Shown one piece after another: positions 1 through 9,728 of a DNA stretch of 60,411 bases. The DNA lies in the NCBI GenBank assembly GCA_938041655.1, contig CALISW010000141.1:1-60411 (forward strand), read 5' to 3'. A program made the translations under genes and the position numbers. Within the stretch, counting starts at the first letter, position 1; the number at the start of each line of letters is the position of its first letter. Source of the stretch: an uncultured Thiotrichales bacterium. Lineage in GTDB: Bacteria; Pseudomonadota; Gammaproteobacteria; CAZUMV01. The notes under the pieces are model-generated. The model was given only the letters and a program-made list of their open reading frames with translations. It searched no databases and had not been told where the DNA came from.

Positions 1-1389
1 GAAGCGATACGCAACTGATAGGCCGTTACCACCACGGTGCAAACCTGCACCACCGGAATCAACAATGGTTTCATAGCGCTCTATACGTAACGGGAAATAG
101 GATTCGATAAATTCATTCGGCACGTTGGTAAAGTTAGGCCACAACGAGTGTCCGTCAGGACCATCACCAATTGGTCGCCCGGGGATTCCACCGAAACCAA
201 TCTGGAACAGCTGGAACCATTCGCCATTATCGTCATATCCCGAATAGAACAAGTGTGGAGAGTCCGAGAAGCCAGCCGCGTTCAACATCATTTCTGGCGC
301 ACCCATACCGAGTAACGCCCCCATAACATCAAAGATACGACCCAAGGCGTGGGTACGACCCGATAGTGCTGCCGGATACTTGGGCTTGAGTAAGGTCCCT
401 TCAGGAATCCTGACATCAACCAGATCATAGAAGCCGTCATTAAAGAACATGCCGGGATCAATCACGTTAATAGTAAAGGCACCGAAGAACATTTTGAACA
501 TATCTTCAGAGAGGAAGAAGTTGACCGAGCTTTGTGCTTGCGGATCGGTACCTTCAAAATCAAATATTGCCTTGGGGCCTTCGCGCCACAAGGTACATTT
601 AATCTTATAAGGGCCCATGCCCATACCGTCATCACATAGGTAATCCTCGAAAGTACGCTTCTCTTCCGGAATAAACATATTAATGATGGCGCCCATAGCT
701 GCTTTGTTACGATCAAGCATGATCTGCATGGTTGAGTGCAAGACGTCATCACCGAAGCGATCAGCCATTTCATTCAGACGCTTGGCTGCGGTGTTACATG
801 CAGCTACCAGAGCATTCAGATCAAAACGATTCCACTGCTGAGTCCGCACGTTGTGCAGAATCATCTCCAGCATGTCTTCCTGCAACTCGCCTTTCTTGTA
901 AAGCTTGATTGGCGGTATCTGAATACCTTCCTGGAAAATAGTAGTCGCTTCGATTGGAATCGAGCCAGGCACCATACCGCCGTTATCCGACATATGACCA
1001 AACATAGCTGACCAGGCAATGTGACGCTTCTTCCTGAATACTGGAACCAGCACCAACCAATCCGGTAAATGCGAAACCGCCGCATTACACATATAGGGAT
1101 CATTGGTTAAGAGGATATCGCCTTCTTCAATCTCACCATCATAAGCTTGCATGAAGCCATTGATGAAAGAACCGAACTGACCAACCACCATCTTGCCATC
1201 ACGGTTTGCGATCATGGGGAAACAATCACCCTGCTCACGGATACCAGGAGACATGGCTGTGCGGAACAGCACCGCATCCATTTCTTCACGAGCGTTTTTG
1301 AGGGCGTTTTCAATAATATCTACCGTAACCCCTTCTACTTTCACTTTCTTTAATGGAGTCTTATTTCTTTCAATAATTGTTGCAGTCAT
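1..1389 (-). CDS. Hydantoinase B / oxoprolinase family protein (HyuB-like); C-terminal part lies outside the window
   Basis: Not in the ORF track because it is open at the window edge. My translation from ATG (1389) reads MTATIIERNKTPLKKVKVEGVTVDIIENALKNAREEMDAVLFRTAMSPGIREQGDCF..., with LTNDPYMCNAAVSHLPDW and GGAGLHRGGNG, and has no stop down to base 1. It starts 11 nt after the HyuA-like stop. Confidence 0.85.
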   Translation of the reverse strand, partial: MTATIIERNKTPLKKVKVEGVTVDIIENALKNAREEMDAVLFRTAMSPGIREQGDCFPMIANRDGKMVVGQFGSFINGFMQAYDGEIEEGDILLTNDPYMCNAAVSHLPDWLVLVPVFRKKRHIAWSAMFGHMSDNGGMVPGSIPIEATTIFQEGIQIPPIKLYKKGELQEDMLEMILHNVRTQQWNRFDLNALVAACNTAAKRLNEMADRFGDDVLHSTMQIMLDRNKAAMGAIINMFIPEEKRTFEDYLCDDGMGMGPYKIKCTLWREGPKAIFDFEGTDPQAQSSVNFFLSEDMFKMFFGAFTINVIDPGMFFNDGFYDLVDVRIPEGTLLKPKYPAALSGRTHALGRIFDVMGALLGMGAPEMMLNAAGFSDSPHLFYSGYDDNGEWFQLFQIGFGGIPGRPIGDGPDGHSLWPNFTNVPNEFIESYFPLRIERYETIVDSGGAGLHRGGNGLSVAYRF

Positions 1390-1400
1390 TACAGATCTCC

Positions 1401-3461
1401 TTACTTGTTAGGGTTGATGATGAGGTTACCGATTTTATCGACCTTGGCGTGATGCTTGGGCAACACCACCGTGGTTGAATCCATTTCAATAACTATGGCC
1501 GGACCAGGCACTTTCATGCCGGCGGTTAACTTACCTCGATCATAAATCTTGGCTTTATGGTGTTTGCCACCATGATAGATTTTAGTATCTTGAATGACAC
1601 AATCTTTCAGCTTGGCGCCACGTCTGCCAACAGCCTTCATTTTCATCCTACTGACCTTGGCTTTAACCACCGCACGTATCATTAATATCTCGTGATCATT
1701 ACCCAGCTTGAAGGTAAACAGTTGCTCATGCTCATCATCAAACTGATCTGTGAGAAGCTTCATGCCCTTCTTCTTAAGCTCTGCCTCAGTGAAGCTCAAA
1801 GTAATATTGAATGCCTGTCCGGCATAACGAATATCAGCCTGATAGGTCACATCATGCTTGGTAGCAGGAATCTTGTCTGCTAGCAGTGATGAAGCCGCCT
1901 TCTTCTTGAGCGCCTGCAAATCCTTCAATAAGGTTTTCGCATCTGTCTCACCCGCCATTCTCAGATAGGTTCGGGTAGCCTCATCCTGTACAGCGGTAGT
2001 CGCATCACCGTAGGCACACAACACGCCCGGACCCGGTGGAATAATTACCGGCCACGAATCAGTCAGCACACCCAGGGCATTAGCGTGTAACGGGCCTGCG
2101 CCACCAAAACCAACCAGCGCAAAATCTCTGGGGTCATAGCCTTGCTCTACTGACACCAGTCGTAGAGCACCAAACATGGATTCATTAACAATTCGCACAA
2201 TACCTTCCGCAGCTGCCAGCATGGTAATGCCGGTTGCTTTGGCAATTTTACGCACGGCTTTTTCTGCGGCTTTTTTGTCAATCGCCATGGCACCACCTAA
2301 CTGCACATCAGATGGCAAATAGCCAAGGACTACGTTGGCATCACATACGGTGGGCTCTTCACCACCTTTCATGTAGGCCGCTGGACCGGGCTCAGCGCCA
2401 GCTGATTCCGGGCCAACTCGCAATGCTTTGGTTAGCTCGGGCACAAAGGCTATTGAGCCACCACCCGCACCGACAGTACGTACGTCAACCGATGGGGCAC
2501 GCACGCGCACATCACCAACCAATGTTTCACGACGTACTCGGGCTCGCAAATCCTGAATCAGGGCTACGTCAGTCGAGGTACCACCCATATCAAATGTTAG
2601 TACATCTTTGTAACCAGCCTTCTCACAGAAATACAATGCGCCAGATACGCCACCAGCAGGACCTGACATCAACAGGTTCACAGGAGACTTGGACGAAGTT
2701 CTAGCCGAAGCGAGACCACCATCAGAACGTAGTATGGACAACATCACATCTTTACCCATACGACGCTTTAAAGAGCGCTGTAAGTTCTTGACGTATTTTT
2801 CTACTTGCGGGCGAACATAAGAATTCAATACCGTGGTTTCTGTACGCTCGTATTCCTGCATCTCGGGAACTACCTCTGATGAAATAGAGATAGGAATATC
2901 TTTAAACACTTCTTTAGCAATCTTTCTCGCTTTACGTTCATTAGCCCCATTTACATAGGCGTTGATGAAACAAATAGTGAGCGCTTCAAGACCGCCCTGC
3001 TTTTTTAACTTGCGCAGGTTTGTACGCAGCTTGGATTCATTCAGAGGACGCACGACTTTACCTTTTGCATCCATACGCTCATCAGCACCAATGGTAAGTT
3101 CCAATGGGGCGAGTAACGGTGATTTTTGAAAATATGTCCAGCCACCAAGTCCGCCCGGACAGAAGGAACGCGCTACCTGCAAAGTCTGCTCATATCCTTC
3201 TGTGGTCACCAGACCAACTCGAGCACCATTGCCAGTAAGAACAGCGTTAGTCGCAACGGTGGTGCCATGCATAACACGATTTATTTGCTTGGGGTCTATC
3301 TGGCTTTCTTCACAAATTCGCGCTACACCATTCAGGACACCAATAGAAGAGTCCTCCGGCGTAGAAGGTACTTTGGCAGTGTGTGTGGCACCACTTTTTT
3401 CATTGATCAATAATAAATCCGTGAACGTACCACCTACATCCACACCTAATCGGTAACTCAT
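1401..3461 (-). CDS. Hydantoinase A / oxoprolinase family protein (HyuA-like, ATP-dependent ring-opening or carboxylase subunit)
   Basis: 686-aa ORF. N-terminal LGVDVGGTFTDL motif and internal DMGGTSTD motif are typical of the hydantoinase_A family. Adjacent to a HyuB-like partner. Confidence 0.9.
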   Translation of the reverse strand: MSYRLGVDVGGTFTDLLLINEKSGATHTAKVPSTPEDSSIGVLNGVARICEESQIDPKQINRVMHGTTVATNAVLTGNGARVGLVTTEGYEQTLQVARSFCPGGLGGWTYFQKSPLLAPLELTIGADERMDAKGKVVRPLNESKLRTNLRKLKKQGGLEALTICFINAYVNGANERKARKIAKEVFKDIPISISSEVVPEMQEYERTETTVLNSYVRPQVEKYVKNLQRSLKRRMGKDVMLSILRSDGGLASARTSSKSPVNLLMSGPAGGVSGALYFCEKAGYKDVLTFDMGGTSTDVALIQDLRARVRRETLVGDVRVRAPSVDVRTVGAGGGSIAFVPELTKALRVGPESAGAEPGPAAYMKGGEEPTVCDANVVLGYLPSDVQLGGAMAIDKKAAEKAVRKIAKATGITMLAAAEGIVRIVNESMFGALRLVSVEQGYDPRDFALVGFGGAGPLHANALGVLTDSWPVIIPPGPGVLCAYGDATTAVQDEATRTYLRMAGETDAKTLLKDLQALKKKAASSLLADKIPATKHDVTYQADIRYAGQAFNITLSFTEAELKKKGMKLLTDQFDDEHEQLFTFKLGNDHEILMIRAVVKAKVSRMKMKAVGRRGAKLKDCVIQDTKIYHGGKHHKAKIYDRGKLTAGMKVPGPAIVIEMDSTTVVLPKHHAKVDKIGNLIINPNK

Positions 3462-3489
3462 AATGACATCCTCTTTATTTCAAGATCGC

Positions 3490-4404
3490 TTAGTTAAGCG
3501 ACTTACCTTTTTCCAACTGCAGCGCCATCCATCGATACGAATGGCCACCGTCGCAGTTACCCGTTAATTCTTTGGTTAAATCTACCGCCTTGATCAACTC
3601 ATCCAGATCAATACCGGTTGAAACACCCATCTTAGCAAACATCAATGCAACATCTTCTGTAGCAACATTACCAGTAGCTCCCGGCGCGAAGGGACAACCT
3701 CCCAAACCACCTATTGATGCATCAAACATACGTACACCAACTTCATACGCAGCAAAAGTATTTGCCAGCCCCATGCCGCGCGTATCATGAAAATGCGCAC
3801 TGATTTTCTCCAAACCGAACTTGTCTTTGAGCCTGATAAAGAGACTAGACACATCACCAGGATTCGCAGCACCTATCGTATCGGCAATTACCACTCTGTC
3901 AGCACCAGCTGCAAACAAGTCAGCGGTTGTTTGTTCAACTACAACAGGATCAATCATGCCTTCGAATGGACATTCCCAACAGGTGGCTATATAGGCCATG
4001 ACACGAATACCATCCTTTGCGGCTTGCTGCATAACATCCTGACATACCGCCATAACCTCGGCGTTATTCATGCCGATGTTTTTTTCATTCATGGTATTCG
4101 AAGCCGCGGTAACCAAATTCATGGTCTTGATGCCAGTCTTGAGTGCCAGCTCATAACCTTTGCGGTTCGGTATTAACGCGTTATATGTAATCTCGTTAGC
4201 AGGCAGACCATCAATCACAACATCGGTACCAGCCATTGCCGGGACAGCCTTGGGATGCACAAAAGCACCCACTTCAATTTCTTGCAACCCGGTCTTACTG
4301 AGCGCTTCGATCAATTGCAGACGCTCCTCGGCAGTCAGAATTTTTGCCTGATTCTGCAAACCGTCTCTGGGACCCACATCATTGATCAGCACATCTACAT
4401 TCAT
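3490..4404 (-). CDS. HMG-CoA lyase-like (DRE-TIM) acyl-CoA lyase, copy 1
   Basis: Motifs VGPRDGLQN, HFHDTRGMGLAN and GGLGGCPFAPGATGNVATED. The start overlaps the upstream CoA-transferase stop in an ATGA (4401-4404). Confidence 0.85.
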   Translation of the reverse strand: MNVDVLINDVGPRDGLQNQAKILTAEERLQLIEALSKTGLQEIEVGAFVHPKAVPAMAGTDVVIDGLPANEITYNALIPNRKGYELALKTGIKTMNLVTAASNTMNEKNIGMNNAEVMAVCQDVMQQAAKDGIRVMAYIATCWECPFEGMIDPVVVEQTTADLFAAGADRVVIADTIGAANPGDVSSLFIRLKDKFGLEKISAHFHDTRGMGLANTFAAYEVGVRMFDASIGGLGGCPFAPGATGNVATEDVALMFAKMGVSTGIDLDELIKAVDLTKELTGNCDGGHSYRWMALQLEKGKSLN

Positions 4405-5603
4405 TTATTAATTACTTCTTTTGCTTTGAGTTCGGCAATTCGTTCTTCACTATACCCTAGTACATCGCTGAGCACGGCATCAGTATGCTGACCTAGTGTT
4501 GGTGGTGAGGTGAATGACTCTTCATTGTTTCTGGACAACTTAATCGGGTTACCGGGACCTTTGGAGCTCTTGCCATTGGGATGCACCAGATCAATAATCA
4601 TATTTCGTTCGGTCACTTGCTCGTCGGACAGAGCCTGACTTAATTTATTAACGGGCGCACAGGGTACACGCCGCTCATCCAGCATATCCAGCCAATGCTG
4701 ACTCGGCTTTGTCTTGAGAATTTTGCCCAGCTCTTCATCAATAATATCCTTGTCTCGCAAACGCGCAGGCTGAGTGTCGTATTCCTGATTATTAAATTTC
4801 TCACTAGGCGTTACTTCTTTTAGATTCGTCCAGAAGTTATCGGTAATAACGGCTATGACGATATGCCCATCAGCCGTTGCATAACTATTGTAAGGCACGT
4901 GGACGAAATGTGAGTTACCAATCGGGAATGGGTCATCACCAGAGAGGAAATGCATGGTTGCCATATAGTTGAGCATTGAGACCTGACAATCGAGCATAGA
5001 TATATCGACATCCTGCCCCTTGCCGCTGGTACTCCGTTCTATAACCGCCGCCATAATACCCATGGCTGCAAACATTCCACCGCCCAGGTCACCGATAGGA
5101 ATACCAGCACGAACCGGATGATCTTTATCAGGGCCCGTAATAGACATACCACCGCCAGTTGCTTGCGCGATCTGGTCAAACGAAGGTCGCTTGTAATTAG
5201 GCCCGTAACTACCAAAACCAGTAACAGAGCAAGTGATAATGCGCGGATTGATTTTAGCCAGCGTGTCGTAATCTATTTTTAAACGATCAGGAACACCGGC
5301 ACCAAAATTATTGATGACCACATCTGCTTCTTTGACCAATTCATAAAACAGCTCAAGGCCCGCTTCCGCTTTAAGATCAATACAAATGCTTTGCTTGTTT
5401 CTATTCAACGTCAAATAATAGGCGCCCATCCCTTCAAGTGAGTTATTGGGATCAGTGGCGAGTAATTTTCTCGTACCTTCTCCATGCAAGGGCTCTACTT
5501 TAATCGTTTCCGCGCCCAGATCGGCAAGTATCATTGCGCCATAGGGTCCGGACAACATATGCGTGAGATCGATGACCCTGATCCCGGCCAATGGTTTATT
5601 CAT
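4401..5603 (-). CDS. Family III (CaiB/BaiF) CoA-transferase, copy 1
   Basis: 400 aa. N-terminal PLAGIRVIDLTHMLSGPYGAMILADLGAETIKVEP is the hallmark of family III CoA-transferases. Confidence 0.9.
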   Translation of the reverse strand: MNKPLAGIRVIDLTHMLSGPYGAMILADLGAETIKVEPLHGEGTRKLLATDPNNSLEGMGAYYLTLNRNKQSICIDLKAEAGLELFYELVKEADVVINNFGAGVPDRLKIDYDTLAKINPRIITCSVTGFGSYGPNYKRPSFDQIAQATGGGMSITGPDKDHPVRAGIPIGDLGGGMFAAMGIMAAVIERSTSGKGQDVDISMLDCQVSMLNYMATMHFLSGDDPFPIGNSHFVHVPYNSYATADGHIVIAVITDNFWTNLKEVTPSEKFNNQEYDTQPARLRDKDIIDEELGKILKTKPSQHWLDMLDERRVPCAPVNKLSQALSDEQVTERNMIIDLVHPNGKSSKGPGNPIKLSRNNEESFTSPPTLGQHTDAVLSDVLGYSEERIAELKAKEVINK

Positions 5604-5662
5604 TTAATGAAGCTCCTGATCACCACGGGTTGGTTTTAATCAATTTCCCGAAGTAATAATAC

Positions 5663-5686
5663 TAATGTTATATCTTTATATCATTT
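5663..5686. promoter_or_regulatory. Palindromic operator copy at an operon-internal promoter (between the SDR and CoA-transferase 1 genes)
   Basis: TAATGTTATA-TCTT-TATATCATTT, in the only sizeable gap (120 nt) of the 1..9585 minus-strand gene string. Confidence 0.55.
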
Positions 5687-5723
5687 TAGCTGTGTCGTAC
5701 GGTTCGTGCAATGAAATCCTGAA

Positions 5724-6557
5724 CTAGTGCATTTCCTCACCACCACTGACATTCATTGCCTCACCGGTGATGTAATAGGAATCATCGGAACTTAAAAATA
5801 CTGCAGCATTGGCTATGTCCGTCACCAGACCGGGGCGCCCCATAGGTATTCTTGCCGCCATATCATCCAGATACTGCTGCACGGTCTTGCCCATGAACTT
5901 GGCAAAGTATTCATTCTGCTCAGCACCCAGGTCAGTCGTGATGTGATTCGGGCAGATCGCATTCACTGTAATTTTTTCTGGACCCAATTCAACCGCATTG
6001 GAGCGAGTCAAACCAATCATGCCGTGCTTGGAAGCAATGTAGGCTGGCAAATGTGGAAAGCCAGACTTGGCTCCCTGACTGGCGATATTAATGATACGCC
6101 CGCCATCTCCCTGGGACATCATCTGTCTGGCCGCATGTTTGGTACACAAAAATGCGCCCATCAAATTCACATCCAGTACGGTTTGCCACTCATCCTTTTC
6201 GACTTCAATCATTGGCTTCATCATGTAACCAATACCAGCATTGTTGACCATAATGTCTACACGACCAAACTCATTCACCGCACCAGCGATCAACTGTTGC
6301 ACCTGCTCCTCATCTCGCACATCACAGGGCAGCGCGACCGCTTTTCCTCCAGCCTCTGCAATATCAGCGAGGATTTGCTGAATCTCGTTTTGATTAGCAA
6401 TCTTTTCTTGTGGCATATGTTTATCGGCCACCGACACATCGGATAGCACAACATTGGCGCCGGCAGCTGCCAGCCCACGTGCAATACCGGCACCAATACC
6501 CTGTACTTTGCCAGCGCCCGTAACTACCGCAACTTTACCCGTTAAATCCTTAGTCAT
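5724..6557 (-). CDS. Short-chain dehydrogenase/reductase (SDR)
   Basis: TGAGKVQGIGAGIA cofactor motif, NNAG, and YIASKHG (YxxxK). Confidence 0.85.
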   Translation of the reverse strand: MTKDLTGKVAVVTGAGKVQGIGAGIARGLAAAGANVVLSDVSVADKHMPQEKIANQNEIQQILADIAEAGGKAVALPCDVRDEEQVQQLIAGAVNEFGRVDIMVNNAGIGYMMKPMIEVEKDEWQTVLDVNLMGAFLCTKHAARQMMSQGDGGRIINIASQGAKSGFPHLPAYIASKHGMIGLTRSNAVELGPEKITVNAICPNHITTDLGAEQNEYFAKFMGKTVQQYLDDMAARIPMGRPGLVTDIANAAVFLSSDDSYYITGEAMNVSGGEEMH

Positions 6558-6560
6558 GAC

Positions 6561-6872
6561 TTACTCAATATCTTCAAGAATTATAAATTGAGGGTTATCC
6601 GCGTAGGTACCAAATTCCGCTGCTACTTTCGCCATCTCACCCTCACCTGCTTCAGCTCCAAGCTTTTCGAAATCATTGACCTGTAGTAACTCAACATATT
6701 GATACGGTGCAGCAGCATCTGTACCGAACATGCCATAGCACTTCAATACATTGAAACCATCAACAGACGACAAGCCACGTGCGGTGGGCAAATCTCTGGT
6801 TCGCGCCCACTCTTCATACTCAGCCGCGTCTACTCCATCTTGCAAATTGAAAACCACCAATACATTCGTCAT
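6561..6872 (-). CDS. Small (103 aa) alpha+beta-barrel-type protein, possibly EthD/REDY-like; function unknown
   Basis: I place the start at MTNVLVVFNL (ATG 6872), which forms an ATGA overlap with the upstream flavoprotein stop (6869-6872). The longer track ORF (to 6938) would overlap that gene by 70 nt. Family assignment is by resemblance only. Confidence 0.5.
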   Translation of the reverse strand: MTNVLVVFNLQDGVDAAEYEEWARTRDLPTARGLSSVDGFNVLKCYGMFGTDAAAPYQYVELLQVNDFEKLGAEAGEGEMAKVAAEFGTYADNPQFIILEDIE

Positions 6873-8272
6873 ACATTTTCTCCTGTTAATTTTGCAGCAG
6901 CACTGCCGGCAAGCTTGCCTAGAGTTACCGCTGTACACAAACCGATCGCGGGCAAGTAGCCCCAGATACCCGGGCCCGACACACTACGTGCAGCACCACC
7001 ACCTGCAAATAAATTAGGCAAGGCGTTTCCTTCCTGATCAACTACTCTTGCCTGATTATCAATTACTAGCCCACCTTGGGTATGAAACAAAGCAGCACCC
7101 ACCTTGATCGCGTAATACGGCGGAGCCAGTTTCAACTCTGTCGAAAACACACGCCCGAATTCACACGACTGATTATCATGCTTTAACTGTTCCACTTGCT
7201 CGACAGTCGACTCTAATGTAGCGGCAGGAAGCTTAATCAGCTCAGCCAGGGCAGCTAATGAATCAGCAGACTTGCAGGCTTTCATTTCAATGGCGGTACG
7301 ATAATCGGCAAAGGTCGACTCCGCCTGTTGGTGCAATCGCTCGTCATAAACGATGTAACAAACACCTTCGGGCTGTTTCAGTATATCCAGCGCTTGCCCC
7401 GAGATGTTATCCAGCTCGTCTTCAAAGCGCTTGCCCTTTAAATTAACCTGCACCCCACCACCAATCATCAGGGTATGCGGTATCACCAGATTATGCGGCT
7501 TGGCCAGCGAACCAAGCGCCTGATAGGAACCCATATCCTCAACTACACCACCTAGCTCCAGCCCCCAATTGATACCATCGCCTTTATTACTTTCATGACC
7601 GTAGTATTCAGCTTCTGCAATCTCCGGAATGTGTTCAGCCACCATTTCATGATTAGCACCGAAGCCGCAGGTAGCCAGTACCAGTGAATCACAACCCACC
7701 TCTTCGATCTCACCATCCGGTCGTTGATACTGGACACCGTGTACACGATGTTCTTTGTCCGACATTAAAGTAATAACCCTGGCATCACACAACACATCAA
7801 CGCCACGATCTTCACAAGCATTAAGCAGCATACTCATGAGGTCTTCCCCACTACGACTTGCCGGCGCATGCATCCGCGGCTGCCTATGCCCGAGTCCTGA
7901 CCAACTTTTTTCAAGACTAAGCTCAATACCGCAATCACCGGTTAACCAATCCATTGCCGGGCCAGATTCGTGCGCGATTAATTCTGCTAATGCGGGGTCA
8001 GTCTGCTGTCTCGCGGCAGCGAGAATATCTTCATAGAGCCAACCAGGCTGATCTTCTACACCTGCCTCTTTTTGCAAAAGACTGCCGGCAGCACAAATAC
8101 CACCGTAGGACATACCGGTTGAACCAAAGGGTACTGCATCAGCCTCCAGCACCAATGGGGTGCACTCGGATGATGCGGCAAGCGCTGCACACAGCCCGGT
8201 AGCACCAGCGCCAATAATGAGCACCGGCACACTGATGTCGTAATCTTTAGGCTCACAAATTTTGACACTCAT
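6869..8272 (-). CDS. FAD-dependent oxidoreductase, fumarate reductase / KstD-like flavoprotein family
   Basis: VPVLIIGAGATGLCAALAA dinucleotide fold and C-terminal NLFAGGGAA motif. I prefer the start at MSVKICEP (8272, ATGA overlap with the PrpD-family stop). The alternative ATG at 8290 is in the track. Confidence 0.8.
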   Translation of the reverse strand: MSVKICEPKDYDISVPVLIIGAGATGLCAALAASSECTPLVLEADAVPFGSTGMSYGGICAAGSLLQKEAGVEDQPGWLYEDILAAARQQTDPALAELIAHESGPAMDWLTGDCGIELSLEKSWSGLGHRQPRMHAPASRSGEDLMSMLLNACEDRGVDVLCDARVITLMSDKEHRVHGVQYQRPDGEIEEVGCDSLVLATCGFGANHEMVAEHIPEIAEAEYYGHESNKGDGINWGLELGGVVEDMGSYQALGSLAKPHNLVIPHTLMIGGGVQVNLKGKRFEDELDNISGQALDILKQPEGVCYIVYDERLHQQAESTFADYRTAIEMKACKSADSLAALAELIKLPAATLESTVEQVEQLKHDNQSCEFGRVFSTELKLAPPYYAIKVGAALFHTQGGLVIDNQARVVDQEGNALPNLFAGGGAARSVSGPGIWGYLPAIGLCTAVTLGKLAGSAAAKLTGENV

Positions 8273-9585
8273 GAAGCTTGCGCCTGACATAAGAAAAGCA
8301 ACTTGGCTGCATCAGTTTCGTGCTCAAGGTTCTCAACCATTGCCAGCAGCTCCTTTTGCTGCTGCATCGTTATCTCTACCTGAGCCTCGGAACAGCAACT
8401 ATGGAATTTGTGCAAATATTGCTCACGCGTCAAGGGACGATCTGGCGAACCCAGTGTGTAGGGAATACGTTCATCAAAACGTCTTCCATCTTTCAGCTCA
8501 AGCACCAGCCGTTGTGGTGACATGGCATTCGGATCCGGGTTATCGTTTTGTTCGATGTTAACTCTGGCACCGTGAGACAACACTTTTTCCGAGGTCATTC
8601 GTTCAGCACGATAGCTGCTCGCAGTAAGGCTTCCATCCAGCAGTATATTTGGCACCAGATATTGCAAACACAAACGCGCATAACTTACCTTCATGCTAGC
8701 GCTAATCGGGCGCGCCACCAGCCTGAATATTAGCTCGGGTACGAACGCGGTAATGTTCGCGCAATCCTCGAGGGTGAATTTATGCTGCTGCTGCAACTCC
8801 TGCAACATCCCTAAAATACCGTGTGCCGCCCTGCCCGTAGGAAAAGGCTTGTGCGAGAGCTCGGTAATCAACCACTTTTCGCCTAATTTTTGGTCGAAAT
8901 AAGCCTTGTCCCATTCATTCTCAATCAAGTTAAAGTAACCAAAATCACCATCAAAAACATTCACTGGCGCTGATAAATTGGTCTCACTAAATTGCACCGC
9001 ATTAACAGCTGCTCGCGCGGCATAACCTACTTGCATTGGCAAGGCAATAGCACCTTCAACATGTGCCTGCATGGTACCCGGGATTTGTGAATAGACATGC
9101 CCCCAAGCTTGTAGCAACTGCTCACTACTGGCATTACGCATTATCGAGATTGCCAACACTGCGCCAAACGCGCCTGCTGTTGCGGGACGGAAAAAGCGCA
9201 AGCCGCTGGTGGTGGCGACACCCATTGAACAAGCCAGATCTACTCCGCAAATCAGTGCACGTAAAAAATGCTTACCAGAGACCAACTCATCATTGAGCTC
9301 TGACAGCATTGCTGCCGTGGTAACTGACATCGCATGCACCACCGCTTGTTCATGCACACTGTCAAATTCCTGACAATGAATCTGAAAACCATTGACGAAT
9401 GCCGCCGAAGCTTTTGGCAGACTGAAGTCTGCTCCAAGGATAGAAACCTCGTTGCCATTACCCCAACTCTGAGCCACTTGCTGCACATCCTCGGCACCCG
9501 GTGCAGCGCTACCTGAAATTCCTACCGAAAGCGTATCAAGCAAAAAAATCTTGGCGGCGCTGATCGCAGCGCTGTCAGGTTGCAC
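8269..9585 (-). CDS. MmgE/PrpD family protein (2-methylcitrate dehydratase-like fold)
   Basis: 438-aa ORF with a GTG start. AKIFLLDTLSVGISGS near the N-terminus and overall length fit MmgE/PrpD. First gene of a minus-strand operon. Confidence 0.7.
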   Translation of the reverse strand: MQPDSAAISAAKIFLLDTLSVGISGSAAPGAEDVQQVAQSWGNGNEVSILGADFSLPKASAAFVNGFQIHCQEFDSVHEQAVVHAMSVTTAAMLSELNDELVSGKHFLRALICGVDLACSMGVATTSGLRFFRPATAGAFGAVLAISIMRNASSEQLLQAWGHVYSQIPGTMQAHVEGAIALPMQVGYAARAAVNAVQFSETNLSAPVNVFDGDFGYFNLIENEWDKAYFDQKLGEKWLITELSHKPFPTGRAAHGILGMLQELQQQHKFTLEDCANITAFVPELIFRLVARPISASMKVSYARLCLQYLVPNILLDGSLTASSYRAERMTSEKVLSHGARVNIEQNDNPDPNAMSPQRLVLELKDGRRFDERIPYTLGSPDRPLTREQYLHKFHSCCSEAQVEITMQQQKELLAMVENLEHETDAAKLLFLCQAQAS

Positions 9586-9643
9586 ATTCTCATCAAGATA
9601 AAATTGCGCTAATCGTTCCTGTAAATGGGCTATACCATTTCCC

Positions 9644-9667
9644 CTGAGTTATTGTTGTATTACATCA
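9644..9667. promoter_or_regulatory. Degenerate copy of the TAATGTTATA-N4-TATAACATTA palindrome (weak)
   Basis: ctgaGTTATt-gttg-TATtACATcA. The right arm matches 8/10 and the left arm 5/10. It lies in the divergent region between the PrpD-family operon and the methyltransferase operon. Confidence 0.25.
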
Positions 9668-9728
9668 AAATAAGATACGATCAATACAATCTAACACTGA
9701 TTTAGAAACGATTCACTGGAGAAACTGT

